From: a virus
Virus record (IMG/VR): IMGVR_UViG_3300047319_001031
Coordinates: 4,754-68,753 of that record
Direction: 5' to 3' (one strand)
DNA length: 64,000 bases
Below the pieces are notes generated by a model. That model had not been told where the DNA came from. It saw only the letters and a program-made list of their open reading frames with translations, and ran no database searches. Positions 1 to 10,200 of the stretch are shown here, piece by piece. Numbering within the stretch: the stretch's first letter is position 1; every line of letters begins with the position of its first letter. Both the position numbers and the translations under genes were made by a program.

Positions 1-2
1 CG

Positions 3-869
3 TACAAGATCTGGTACCGCGAAGACGACAACATGTCGACGGCGCAGTTTCCGTCCGTGCGCGAGGTAAAATTTGATTCGCACATTAAAGAGCTGCAAGG
101 CGTGGTTGAAATGTGCCAAGCGTTTGCCGATGCGGAGACGTTCGTTAATCCGGCCACCGGGGGTGACATGCAGAAGGGGCCGAGTGAACCGTTCCGCACG
201 GCTGCCGGCGCCTCGATGATCCAAGGACAAGCCGCGTTGCCGTTCAAGGATGTCGTGCGCAACTACGACACGTTCACCATGTCGGTGATCAATTCGATTG
301 TGCTGTTCAATAAGCATTTCAATCCGAATCGCGAGGTGCAGGGCGACTTCACTGTCATCGCACGCGGTTCGTCGTCGCTGATTGCGAAAGAAGTGCGCGG
401 CATGGCGCTCGACATGCTGGCGCAGACGGTGCAGCCGGAAGAGCGCAAGTACATCGACTGGTACAAGATGGTGAAGGAACGCCTCGGTGTGCGTGACGTC
501 GACATCTCCGAAGTGCTGCTCGATGCCGATGCTGCGAAGGCTGCCGAGCAGGCCGAGTCGGATAAACAGGCCGCGGATGAGCAGTCGATGAAGTCGCTGA
601 TGGCCGCGGAAGTGCGCAAACTCCTTGCGGATGCCACCAAATCGCTTACTGCAGCGGACTCGAATTCCGCATCGGCGGAAGCGAAATCGGCGCAGGCGCA
701 GGTGTCCACTTATGAGGCAGTGCTGCGCGGGCTCGAATCGGGTGTCACGCCGAAGGATGTGCACGCTGCGCACCAAGGTGCCGACGTTCCACCCGCGATC
801 GCAGCGGGTTTTCGGCGCACCAGCGGCAAGGATAAGCCGGTCACGAACGGTACCGGGACGACGCAATGA
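3..869 (+). CDS. probable portal protein, C-terminal part (5'-truncated)
   Basis: Frame is open from the window edge; helical C-terminus; lies upstream of the scaffold and capsid genes. Confidence 0.6.
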   Translation, partial: YKIWYREDDNMSTAQFPSVREVKFDSHIKELQGVVEMCQAFADAETFVNPATGGDMQKGPSEPFRTAAGASMIQGQAALPFKDVVRNYDTFTMSVINSIVLFNKHFNPNREVQGDFTVIARGSSSLIAKEVRGMALDMLAQTVQPEERKYIDWYKMVKERLGVRDVDISEVLLDADAAKAAEQAESDKQAADEQSMKSLMAAEVRKLLADATKSLTAADSNSASAEAKSAQAQVSTYEAVLRGLESGVTPKDVHAAHQGADVPPAIAAGFRRTSGKDKPVTNGTGTTQ

Positions 870-1105
870 AAGACGACCCACGCAAGCAGGAGACGGAGTG
901 CCGGGCGCGGATCTATGGTGCACGCGACAGCAGCACGACGGCGGATTTGATCGCGATGCTGACGTCAGTGATCGAGCGGGCGAAGGTATCGCTGCTCACC
1001 GCGGATGCCGCGGAGGTCGTACGGCTACAAGGGAAGTGCGCTGGGTTCCGGGAGGTCCTTAAATGGCTTACTGAGCCTGTTAACCTACCTGTTGACAAAG
1101 TGTAA
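866..1105 (+). CDS. small head-module protein (79 aa)
   Basis: ATGA overlap with the portal; 'RLQG..AG..E.L' helical protein of the kind found after portals. Confidence 0.7.
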   Translation: MKDDPRKQETECRARIYGARDSSTTADLIAMLTSVIERAKVSLLTADAAEVVRLQGKCAGFREVLKWLTEPVNLPVDKV

Positions 1106-1120
1106 TGCGTAGCTTATAAG
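1092..1120 (+). promoter_or_regulatory. sigma70-like promoter for scaffold/capsid genes
   Basis: TTGACA-17 nt-TATAAG. Confidence 0.6.
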
Positions 1121-1128
1121 CCACAAGC

Positions 1129-2079
1129 ATGACCACTCAAACCACTACATCTGGTGTTCCGGCTGATGAATTTGACCTAGTTTTTGACCAAATTACAAAG
1201 CTGGACGCGAAAGGCAATGAGCCGGATGTAGCGCCACCGGCAGCCGCTGCACCCCCGGCAGCAGCTGCCGCACCGGAAGCGAAAGCGCCCGAAACACCCG
1301 AGCCGCCGACGCCCCCGGAAGCGAAAGCACCCGAGACGCCCGAGCCGCCCGCGGCCGCGCCACCGGAGTCGCCACCGCCGACTGAAGCCGAGCTTGCTGC
1401 GCAGCGCATCGCTGAGCTGGAAGCTGAACTCGCTGCGGCCAAGAAACCTGCTGCTGCGCCTGCGCCCGAACCAGAGGGTGGCAAGCCTGCTGCAGAAGCA
1501 CCACCTGCTGCGCCGCCCGAGATTCAGTGGTACCAGCCGACGCCGGACGAAGTGGCAGTGATGACCGAGCACGCCAAGGAATGGCCCGAGATCGCGAAAG
1601 CGGAAGAGATCCGGACCAAGGCCGCGGTGTTCAACGCGGTGCAGTACGTGTTCTCGGAAATCGCCGCCAAATACGGCCCAGTGCTCGATCGCTTCAAGCT
1701 CACGGCCGACGCGATCGAGGAACAGCTCGCGCTGCAGGACATTCGCGGTGCGCATGGAGACTACGACGCGGTGCGCGACAAGGTTGCGAGCTGGGTCGAG
1801 ACGCTTCCTGTTGCGTTTAGGGCCGGTGCGCAGGAGATCATGAAGAGCGGCACGCCGGACGAAGTGTCGTCTCTCATCACCGAATTCAAGAAGCAAACGG
1901 CGGCTCCCGGAGCGCCGGCAGCACCAGCAGCAAAAGATAAGACCGAACTCTCAGTCGCGGCCAAAAAAGCGGTGGGCAACTTGAGTGTGGTCGATTCCAA
2001 ACGTACTTCTGTCCCAGCTGCTGCACCCGACAAGAACGACTTCGAAGGTGCATGGAATGAAGCGTCGGCCGCGGGATAG
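1129..2079 (+). CDS. probable capsid scaffolding protein
   Basis: Pro/Ala/Glu-rich N-half, helical core, C-terminal DFEGAWNE; upstream of the major capsid gene. Confidence 0.7.
   Translation: MTTQTTTSGVPADEFDLVFDQITKLDAKGNEPDVAPPAAAAPPAAAAAPEAKAPETPEPPTPPEAKAPETPEPPAAAPPESPPPTEAELAAQRIAELEAELAAAKKPAAAPAPEPEGGKPAAEAPPAAPPEIQWYQPTPDEVAVMTEHAKEWPEIAKAEEIRTKAAVFNAVQYVFSEIAAKYGPVLDRFKLTADAIEEQLALQDIRGAHGDYDAVRDKVASWVETLPVAFRAGAQEIMKSGTPDEVSSLITEFKKQTAAPGAPAAPAAKDKTELSVAAKKAVGNLSVVDSKRTSVPAAAPDKNDFEGAWNEASAAG
1273..1350 (+). repeat. in-frame tandem duplication (PEAKAPETPEPP x2, 42-nt period)
   Basis: CCGGAAGCGAAAGC at 1273 and 1315. Confidence 0.85.
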
Positions 2080-2099
2080 AAACCACTGGAGCAACCCAC

Positions 2100-2447
2100 A
2101 TGAGTGAAACCACCGACCGCATTCAGGCTTCGACTGCGTCGCACGATGTGAAGGAAGCGCTGGAAGCCATGCGCAAGGAGTACATGTCGCTTGGTTCTGG
2201 TGGTGGTGGCGAGACGCCGACGCTACCCGGGGGTGCGATTGCGCCCAAGGACGTGCAGGCCAATCTCGACGCATTGAAAGCTACCGTCATTGTGGATCTT
2301 AACAATCTGCATGCTGCGGTCGTCCATACGCTTACGCACCTTGATGAGCTGGGCGCAAAACTCAATGCGGATGTGGGCGTTACTGACGTCGATTACTACA
2401 CGGAAAACGTGCTCGACGATTCACCGCCCGCCATCACAACCGTCTAA
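2100..2447 (+). CDS. hypothetical head-module protein
   Basis: GGAG RBS; fills the scaffold-capsid gap. Confidence 0.7.
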   Translation: MSETTDRIQASTASHDVKEALEAMRKEYMSLGSGGGGETPTLPGGAIAPKDVQANLDALKATVIVDLNNLHAAVVHTLTHLDELGAKLNADVGVTDVDYYTENVLDDSPPAITTV

Positions 2448-2473
2448 CTCGGTCTTAATCTCAAGGAACCATC

Positions 2474-3511
2474 ATGGCCAATATCGTCACGTACGGCGAC
2501 ATCTCGCCGCGTACCGCTGCGTACGTCGTCAAGGAGCTTCTGAAGCGTGCCATGCCGTACATGGTGATCGAGCGCTTCGGTCAGAGCTATCCCATTCCGC
2601 TCAACAGCACGCGCACTGCGAAATTCCGTCGTTACTATCTGCAAGGTGCGACCGGCTCCGCAGGCGATGGCAATCCGGCGAATGCGTTTTTCACACCGCT
2701 GTCGCTGACGCCGCTGATCGAAGGTGTTACGCCTGCCGGTCTCAAGCTGGGGTTCACCGATTACACGGTGCAACTCAACCAGTTCGGTGATTACATTCAG
2801 ATCACCGACGTGGTTGAAGATACCCACGAAGACCCGGTGCTGTCGGAAGCCACACAGATTCTGTCGGAATCGGCTGCGCAGACATTCGAAGCCGTCCGAT
2901 ACAACATTCTCCGTGCAGGGACGAACGTGTTCTGGGCGAATGGCGGCGTGCGGACAGCAGTCAACACGCCACCTACGCTTGCGCTGCAGCGCCAAATCAC
3001 CACCGCGCTGACCCGCCAGAATGCGAAGCCGCTGACGACGATCGTATCGTCGGACACAAGGTTCCGCACGGAACCGGTTGAAGCTGCCTTCATCTGCCTC
3101 GCGCATCCGGATTCGGAAACCGACATCCGCACCATGGCCGGTTTTATTCCGACCAAGCAGTACGGGACGGTGACGCCGTTCGAAAACGAGATTGGTGCGG
3201 TCGAGCGTGTGCGCTATCTCATCTCGACGGTGTTCACGCCATTCCCGGATGCGGGTGGTGCCAAGGGCCTGATGCGTTCCACCAGTGGTGTCAACGCCGA
3301 CGTGTATCCGCTGCTCTACATCGCGCGGGATGCGTACGGGATCGTTCCGCTGCGTGGCCGTGATTCGCTGACGCCGATGGTCGTCAATCCGAAGCCTGCT
3401 GCGGGCGACCCGCTCGGACAGCGCGGCTCGGTGGGCTGGAAAGCGTGGCAGGCGGCAATCATCCTGCAGGATGCGTTTATGGTTCGCGCAGAAGTTGCGG
3501 CCACCGCGTAA
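2474..3511 (+). CDS. major capsid protein, N4-gp56-like family
   Basis: Motifs TYGDISPRTAA, NEIGAVERVRY, GDPLGQRGSVGWK; AAGGA RBS. Confidence 0.9.
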   Translation: MANIVTYGDISPRTAAYVVKELLKRAMPYMVIERFGQSYPIPLNSTRTAKFRRYYLQGATGSAGDGNPANAFFTPLSLTPLIEGVTPAGLKLGFTDYTVQLNQFGDYIQITDVVEDTHEDPVLSEATQILSESAAQTFEAVRYNILRAGTNVFWANGGVRTAVNTPPTLALQRQITTALTRQNAKPLTTIVSSDTRFRTEPVEAAFICLAHPDSETDIRTMAGFIPTKQYGTVTPFENEIGAVERVRYLISTVFTPFPDAGGAKGLMRSTSGVNADVYPLLYIARDAYGIVPLRGRDSLTPMVVNPKPAAGDPLGQRGSVGWKAWQAAIILQDAFMVRAEVAATA

Positions 3512-3541
3512 TTTTCCACACTGTCTTGACAAGGAACCACC

Positions 3542-3925
3542 ATGGCTCTCGTCATTAACACCGTATCGCAAGAAAACAGTGTCGCTAATTTCGCGTCGGG
3601 CAGGGTTACGACCGATGCGGGCGCGGCGGCGGACACATTTTTTCCTCTCGGTTTCAAGCCACGCATGATCGGGTGGATCATGAAGGCCGGCGCTGGTGTC
3701 GGAGGCATGCTGGAGTGGTTCGAAGGGATGCCGAATCTGACGTCGATGCGCACGGTCGCAGCGGGCACACGCACGGTGGATGCAGCGGGTCTTACCGTCT
3801 ATGGCCCCGGAGCGCCGGGTGCTGCGGCATCGCCAATTGCTGGCGGCGTGCAAGGCAACGGCTTCATGGTCAAGGCGGCGGATATTGCAGTGTCGGGCGA
3901 ATATTACTGGTACGCGTTCGGTTAG
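3542..3925 (+). CDS. putative capsid decoration/minor virion protein
   Basis: GFKPR...YWYAFG beta-rich; shares the CAAGGAACCA leader with the capsid gene. Confidence 0.6.
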   Translation: MALVINTVSQENSVANFASGRVTTDAGAAADTFFPLGFKPRMIGWIMKAGAGVGGMLEWFEGMPNLTSMRTVAAGTRTVDAAGLTVYGPGAPGAAASPIAGGVQGNGFMVKAADIAVSGEYYWYAFG

Positions 3926-3958
3926 TCCCACGCTGCTGACTCTATCAAGGAGTACGAC

Positions 3959-4450
3959 ATGAATTCGAATCAAGCAATCGCCTACGTCAACTCGCTGCCG
4001 CTCACCCCGGATGAGCAGGCGTACATCAAGCACCAGATCGAAGCGGCTGAGGCAAAGAAGCCCAAGGATGATCCTTTGGCAGAAGCGGCAGCGGCAGCAG
4101 AGGTTGCCGCCCGGGCAGCGGCAGCGGATGCAAAGGTGAAGGAAGACGCAGCGGAAAAGGCCAAGCGTGACGCCGAAGCTGCGAAGGATGGCGTCGAGAC
4201 GGCGAATGCTGAAGCTAAGGCTGCTGCTGATGCTGCAGCTGCTGCGGAAAAGGAAGCGCAAGACGCGAAAGCGGCGGCTGACAAAGCGGCGCAGGAAGCG
4301 ACGGCTGCGCACGATGCACTGGCGAAGGACGAAGCTGCTGCACCACATCCGAAGAAGAAGGAGCCAGCGAAGAAAGAGCATCTGACCAAGGAGCAGCAAC
4401 AGGTCGTGGATGACGAAAAAGCAGCAACGGCTCGCGCGCACGGTGGGTAG
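3959..4450 (+). CDS. Ala/Lys/Glu-rich low-complexity protein
   Basis: AAGGAG RBS; long Ala-rich helix. Confidence 0.7.
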   Translation: MNSNQAIAYVNSLPLTPDEQAYIKHQIEAAEAKKPKDDPLAEAAAAAEVAARAAAADAKVKEDAAEKAKRDAEAAKDGVETANAEAKAAADAAAAAEKEAQDAKAAADKAAQEATAAHDALAKDEAAAPHPKKKEPAKKEHLTKEQQQVVDDEKAATARAHGG

Positions 4451-4456
4451 CGTTGT

Positions 4457-4708
4457 ATGGACGACACCATCGTCCGCATCCGCAAGATCGACAACGGCTT
4501 CGTTGTCTGCGCGTGCGACCCGGCGATTCAAGCCGCCAACCGCGATCCGAAGAAACCCTATCGAGATCCGGAGTGTGAGTACGCGTTCGACACGTTCGAG
4601 AAAGTGATCAAGTGGCTTAAGGCGAATGTCGACACGCTGGTGCCGGAACCCGATGACCAATCGGAATACGCCAACAGCTTCGATAAGGCCGTCGCAGAGG
4701 AAAGGTAG
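4457..4708 (+). CDS. hypothetical protein
   Basis: Packed in operon; IRKIDNGFVV motif. Confidence 0.7.
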   Translation: MDDTIVRIRKIDNGFVVCACDPAIQAANRDPKKPYRDPECEYAFDTFEKVIKWLKANVDTLVPEPDDQSEYANSFDKAVAEER

Positions 4709-4710
4709 TC

Positions 4711-5094
4711 ATGGGTAACGATCTATTCGGCAACAATCTGGACGAGGAGCCGGGGCTGCCCGAGCTTCGGATGGAAGCCGCGGTCGTGCGGGATGCGCCC
4801 GTGCGTGAAGTGGTGAAGCCTGTCGTAACTGAACCGCGCGTGCGCATCATGCTTGAAGAGAACGACAGCATTCCACCCACCGGACTGTTCCTTCAAGCGG
4901 ACGGTCGCGCGTATATGATCAAGCCGAGTCTTGCGGTTGATGTGCCGATGTGCATCATCCACATTCTGGATACCGCGATCATGGCGACACCGATCGTTGA
5001 TCCGGTGACCCGACAGGTCACAGGGTTCCGCGATCGGCTACGGTTCCCCTACCGCGTACTGGCTCACGTTCCGGCGCACAAAGAGGCGGCTTAA
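4711..5094 (+). CDS. hypothetical head-module protein
   Basis: Packed in operon; C-terminal RFPYRV. Confidence 0.7.
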   Translation: MGNDLFGNNLDEEPGLPELRMEAAVVRDAPVREVVKPVVTEPRVRIMLEENDSIPPTGLFLQADGRAYMIKPSLAVDVPMCIIHILDTAIMATPIVDPVTRQVTGFRDRLRFPYRVLAHVPAHKEAA

Positions 5095-5096
5095 CC

Positions 5097-5855
5097 GTGG
5101 ATCTTGCCGACGCGCTCGACGAGCTGCGCGTCGGTATCCTGCGCGACTTCTCGACCCTCAAGTCCGGTACGCCACCGGACGATCATTACTGGACGGATAA
5201 GCGACTCGTCGCCTACATCGACGACGCGCACAAGCGCTTCGCGCGCATGACGCTGTGCATTCACGATGACACGACGCCCAACGTCACCCGGGTTGTGTTG
5301 AATGACGGCAAGGACATCTACCAGCTGCACCAGTCGATTCTGATGGTGCTCTCGGCGCGGCATCAGGATGACCAGCAGGACATGGTGCGCATCACGCACC
5401 AGCGCGTGGCCAACACCCAGAACACGTACACCGAGGACTTCGAGTTCGCGATCGTCACCACGCCCGGCAAGCCGGTGCGGTTCACGACCGACGAGGGCAT
5501 GGACCCGACACGCAATCACGCCATCCGCATGCGCTTTCTAGGCGTGCCGGATGACACGCAGGTGGGCAAGGTGGTGTATCTGCGCGTGATTCGTAAGCCG
5601 ATCGCGTCGGTCACGCTCGACAACATGGATGCGGAGTTCGAGATCCCCGAGGAATACCACCTCGACATGTTGGAGTGGGGCGCGTTCCGTGCGCTGCGCA
5701 ACTGGGACATCGATTCTGAAGATCGCGCGAAGGCGGTGCAGCATCGTGAGCGTTTTGAGCTGGCGGTCAAGGAATGCAAGCGTGACATCGAGCGCAAGAC
5801 GTGGGCGCCGTACATGTGGCAGTTCGGGCAGGCAAGCTGGTCTTACGTGAAGTGA
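5097..5855 (+). CDS. putative head-tail adaptor protein
   Basis: YWTD..L..YID.A and EIPEEYH motifs; position after head genes. Confidence 0.65.
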   Translation: MDLADALDELRVGILRDFSTLKSGTPPDDHYWTDKRLVAYIDDAHKRFARMTLCIHDDTTPNVTRVVLNDGKDIYQLHQSILMVLSARHQDDQQDMVRITHQRVANTQNTYTEDFEFAIVTTPGKPVRFTTDEGMDPTRNHAIRMRFLGVPDDTQVGKVVYLRVIRKPIASVTLDNMDAEFEIPEEYHLDMLEWGAFRALRNWDIDSEDRAKAVQHRERFELAVKECKRDIERKTWAPYMWQFGQASWSYVK

Positions 5856-5862
5856 ACTGATC

Positions 5863-7230
5863 ATGGCTACTACCCAATATCCCGGCAGTGACGCACTCGA
5901 TCGACGGTACCCGGTGGGCTATCAGATGCCAGCACCACCGGGTGGCTACGCGCCCGGTTCGCCGGAAGCGTTGACGATGGGCACTCGTCCGCAGCCTGTC
6001 TACAAGCCCAACGCCCCAGTGGACATGACTGCGGCGAACGCTGCGCTTAGGGCACGGCAGGCGGCGAATCCGCCCGGGGGTCGTCCCGGCGCATTCGACG
6101 CGCCCACAGCGGCGGATTTTCCGCGGACGACTGGGGCGTATCAGGACCTCATTTCGCAGCGAGATGACGCGATTCGTCGTGGCGACATGCCCGGTCGGGT
6201 GGGTAGTGTGCTTGCTGGGTCGGCTGCACTGATTCCTGCTGCTGCAGTCGACACGTATCAGGGATTGAAGACGGCAGCGCAGCCATTGCTTAGTGGTGGA
6301 CAGAATTTCTTGAGTGCGCTCACTAGTGGATTTATTCCGCGTGCCAATGCTGCGGCGACAACTGCTGCGGCGAAGGCGACGACCGCAGCTCAATCCACTG
6401 CTGCCGCTGCCGCCCCTGTTCCGTTTGAATCCGGATACAGCGATACGCCGACTACACCCGGTGGCACCAAGGGCACGCCGGAATCAGCTGACTCGAATGC
6501 GCGGTGGAATGCGTTTGTTCAGTCGCAGCTCGGAAGTCTGAACGCGCAGCCTGTCGCTCCGGGACCGATGGACCCTACGGGTAGCGGGCGCATGCCCACG
6601 TGGACCAAGCAAGCAGGTGAAGCAGCGATCGCTGCGGGCGGTGCGCCGCGAAATCTTGATTATGGCTATGGTACTGCGATCGTGGGATCGGGTCGGGGGA
6701 GCAAGGGGCAGTTCAACACCTTCACGGGTGTCGGCCAAGGTCCGGCGCCTATGGGTGGTGCAGGCTATTACGGGCCGAGCGGTGGACCCGGTGGCGCGCG
6801 TGGTGGTGGCAGCATAGATGACATTGTCGATTCACACATGCGTGATGTCATCGCGCAACACGATCAGTACAGCAACGATGGCACGATGACCGGTATGCGC
6901 AAAGCGCACGAGCTGCGCGGTTATCTGGCGCGGCTCGAAGGGCTGAGGCAAGGCGAGGCAACGCGTCAGTACCAGCAAGGAATTGTTGGTACGCAGCAAG
7001 GACAGCTTCAATTGCAAAGAGAGCAGACAGCCCCGGATACCTTCATCAAGGCTCTGACGGCAACGCAAATTGCTGACAAGAAGTGGGAAGAAGCCGAGAG
7101 GTCGAAGCGTTCTTATGGGGGTGAAGCGCCGGCAGCGCCGCCACAAACTCTAACGCCGGGGACGTATGTCTACAACCCTATGACCAAGACCAAGGAGTGG
7201 GTGGGTTGGCAAGGTTTGGCGAGTCCTTAA
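5863..7230 (+). CDS. putative internal virion/ejection protein
   Basis: Gly/Ala/Pro/Gln-rich; precedes the giant virion gene. Confidence 0.55.
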   Translation: MATTQYPGSDALDRRYPVGYQMPAPPGGYAPGSPEALTMGTRPQPVYKPNAPVDMTAANAALRARQAANPPGGRPGAFDAPTAADFPRTTGAYQDLISQRDDAIRRGDMPGRVGSVLAGSAALIPAAAVDTYQGLKTAAQPLLSGGQNFLSALTSGFIPRANAAATTAAAKATTAAQSTAAAAAPVPFESGYSDTPTTPGGTKGTPESADSNARWNAFVQSQLGSLNAQPVAPGPMDPTGSGRMPTWTKQAGEAAIAAGGAPRNLDYGYGTAIVGSGRGSKGQFNTFTGVGQGPAPMGGAGYYGPSGGPGGARGGGSIDDIVDSHMRDVIAQHDQYSNDGTMTGMRKAHELRGYLARLEGLRQGEATRQYQQGIVGTQQGQLQLQREQTAPDTFIKALTATQIADKKWEEAERSKRSYGGEAPAAPPQTLTPGTYVYNPMTKTKEWVGWQGLASP

Positions 7231-7242
7231 GCAAGGTCTGTT

Positions 7243-10200
7243 GTGCCTACTCCTGACGACTACCCGCAGCTGCAACCGCTTCCGTTCACAGCGTCTCCGG
7301 AAACGACGGCGTTCGTGCGCCGGGCGATGGCGAATATGCCGCCCCCTCCGCAGCCTGTAGCACCTGTACCACCAACGCGACCCAATAGTTTGTTGACCGA
7401 CATCGGTCACGGCTTCGCTGGTGGTGCGATGGTGGATCTGCCCGAGATGATCGGGCATGCCGCACAAGCGTTCACGCCGGATGACAGCGCCGTTAATCGC
7501 CTCGGTGCGTCGATGGTCAAGTTCGGTAAGGAGCGCGAGGAGCTGCCTCAATATCAAACGACTGGTGCGTTTGGTGCAGGGGCGAGATTTGTCGTACCCG
7601 CGTTGGGGGGATTGGCTGCGACAGCTGCTGCTGCACCCGTCGTGGGGACCACTGCTGCAGGAGCGTTGAGCACCGCAGCGCTTGGTGCACTTTTCGGTGG
7701 CTCCACTTATCAGGACATCAAAGAGCGGGGGTTGGCCGCAGGAACTGATCCGGATGTCGTGCATGCGCAGGCGGTTAAGGGTGGCCTTGTGCAAGGCATT
7801 GGACAGGGACTTGCGCAGATGGTTGGCGGCAGGGTTTTGGCTGGCGCTGGTGGTGCGCTGGTCAATAAAGTTATTGCGAAGGGCGGCGTGGACAACGCCA
7901 TTCAGTCCTTCACCAATCCGGGTTTTTTGAAGCCGTTCGGTAAGACGATGCTTGAGATGGCTGGTGTGCAGCTGCCACTGCAGGCAGGCACGTCTGCCGC
8001 GATGAACGAGATTGAAGAGGGTGCAGGCATCAACACCGGACAGACGTCGTGGGAAGCCGCCAAGGCCAGTCTCGCACCCACTGCCGCGATGACGATGCTG
8101 CTCTCGCCAGTTGGCGCGTGGGGCGTTCGTGCCAGCAACAAAGTAAAGGCGCGAACTGCAGAACTGGTTTCCGGTACAGATCCAACGGCGACACAGGAAC
8201 AACGCAAGGTTGCGCTTGCAGCGATGGCGAAAGAAATGCGCAAGACGGCGCCGCTGCAGGATGTTACCGAGTGGCAGCAGCAAGCGGAGTTGGCGATTCT
8301 TAACGACAAGCCTGTCGGAATGAAGGCTGACTTCAAGTACACCCCCGATGCGGAGCCTACGCCACCGCTCGCGCTGCCCGGGCCGCGGACTGCATTGCCC
8401 AGCGCGGTTCCGCTAGAACAGGCTGGTGGAACTGCAGAGCAAGCCGCCGATGAGAACGCGGCACGGATTCAAGCTGCACGCGATGCGGAAGAGGAGCGGT
8501 TAGCGGCGTTGCGTGGCGGACCACCTACTGAACCACCTGCTGAGCCGCCCGGCCCCGGTGGTGCCGGTCCCGGTGGCGTACCGCCGATGGAAGAGTCGGC
8601 TGCTGCGGCGACTGCGCGCACGCCGAAAGACAAAATCGCTGCGCAGGTTGGTGCACAGGTGGGACTGCAAGGCGAGCCCACGGCGCGCGAGATTCCACCG
8701 CGGCAGACGTTGCTCGAACGTGTGCCCCGTGCGCCCGAGTCGACGCGACTTCTGGATTTGCCACAAGAAGCGACCAAGCAGGAACAGGTTGACGATCTGA
8801 AAAAGAATTTTCTGCCGACTGCACCGAAGGATTTGATCGCACGGTTGATTGGGCCGTTGGAGGAGATGCCGGCGAAGATCAAGCAGTTGTGGACGGAGAA
8901 GGGTGGCGAGACTTCGGATGCGACGTACGTCAAGCATCTCGGTGATCTGTACAAACGGATCACGGGTGAAGAGATCAATGCGGAAGGAATGAAAGATGAA
9001 GGCGCCGCTCGTAACGAGCCCAGTGAAGTTGCCCCCGAAGAGCGTGCACGGACCGAACCCGAACCAGCCCCCGTTCAAGCTGAGCCCGAAGCTGCCCCCC
9101 GTCCTGTCGAAGTGGCTCAAGCGCAAGGGGATGCCGGAACCGGGGGCGAAGCTCGCGCAGCTGCGCAAGAACCTGCGCTGACGAAGGAAGCGAAAGCCAA
9201 GGCAGCGAAAGCAGCTAACGATGCTGAAGTTACAGGATCGGTCACCGATCTTAGGCAGTATCGGGCTCAAGACAAGGCCACTCGGCAGGAAGCGGAAAGT
9301 TTGGTTGCCGAAGCTAGGGAAGCGCTGACGACAGGACAGTTGTCGCTTGAGGAAGTTGAAGCTGCCAGAGGTGCTACTCCACTGGATACGATGCGCAACC
9401 TCAATACGGTATTGGCGAAAATCCGTAACAAAGGACGCGCCGGTGCTGCGAATGATGAGCCAGCGCCTGTCCCGAAGCAGACGAAGGAAGAGAAGGCTAA
9501 GGCGGCGAAAGCTGCAAAGGTCAGTGAAGAAACAAGACACGAGCCGCCCACTGCTGAAGAAGGTGCGCGAGCGCTCGCTGAAGGTCAACCAGCGGACGAA
9601 GGGATTTTTCCCAGAGCAGGAGGTACCGATGCCGTTATTCCCGGGCAAGAAGAACGTGGGGGCGAACCTCAAGGCGGAACTGGCGGCGGGGAAGCCGCGG
9701 GGGCAGGCGCTGGCGATCGCACTGTCGGCGTCGCGGAGGGGGGCACCGAAGCCCAAGGCGGGGAGCAAAACGCCCAAGTAAGGGAGCAGCGTCGTGCCGA
9801 CAACCGGCGCTTTCGTGCGCACGGTGATTTGGCGGCATACGACGCCAAAACGCAGGCGTTGATTGCTGAGGCCAATGCACTGGAAAAGAGAGATCCCGAG
9901 TCTCCTGATCTGAGAAGGAAACGACTGGAGATCGGCCGGCGCATGAACGAAGGGCGCAAGGAGCTGCATCGTCGAGCGATCGATGCTAATGCCGAGGCCG
10001 ATCGCGTCAGAGACAAGTGGAAAGAACCGGGATGGGATGCAGGCAATGCCCTGTATGCGATGCCGAACGCACTGAACGAAAATAATCATGCCGACACGTT
10101 GTCGTTCCTTGCGGCACGTGAGCTGCTTGGTGAAAAGTTGAGCGATGAAGAAAAGGCATTGCTCAGTAACCGCGGTATAGAAAAGAAAGGCACCCGCGCC

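Noticed and set aside
2444-4660. 738-aa antisense ORF
   Set aside because: Shadow of GC-biased capsid-region genes that have clear RBSs on the + strand.
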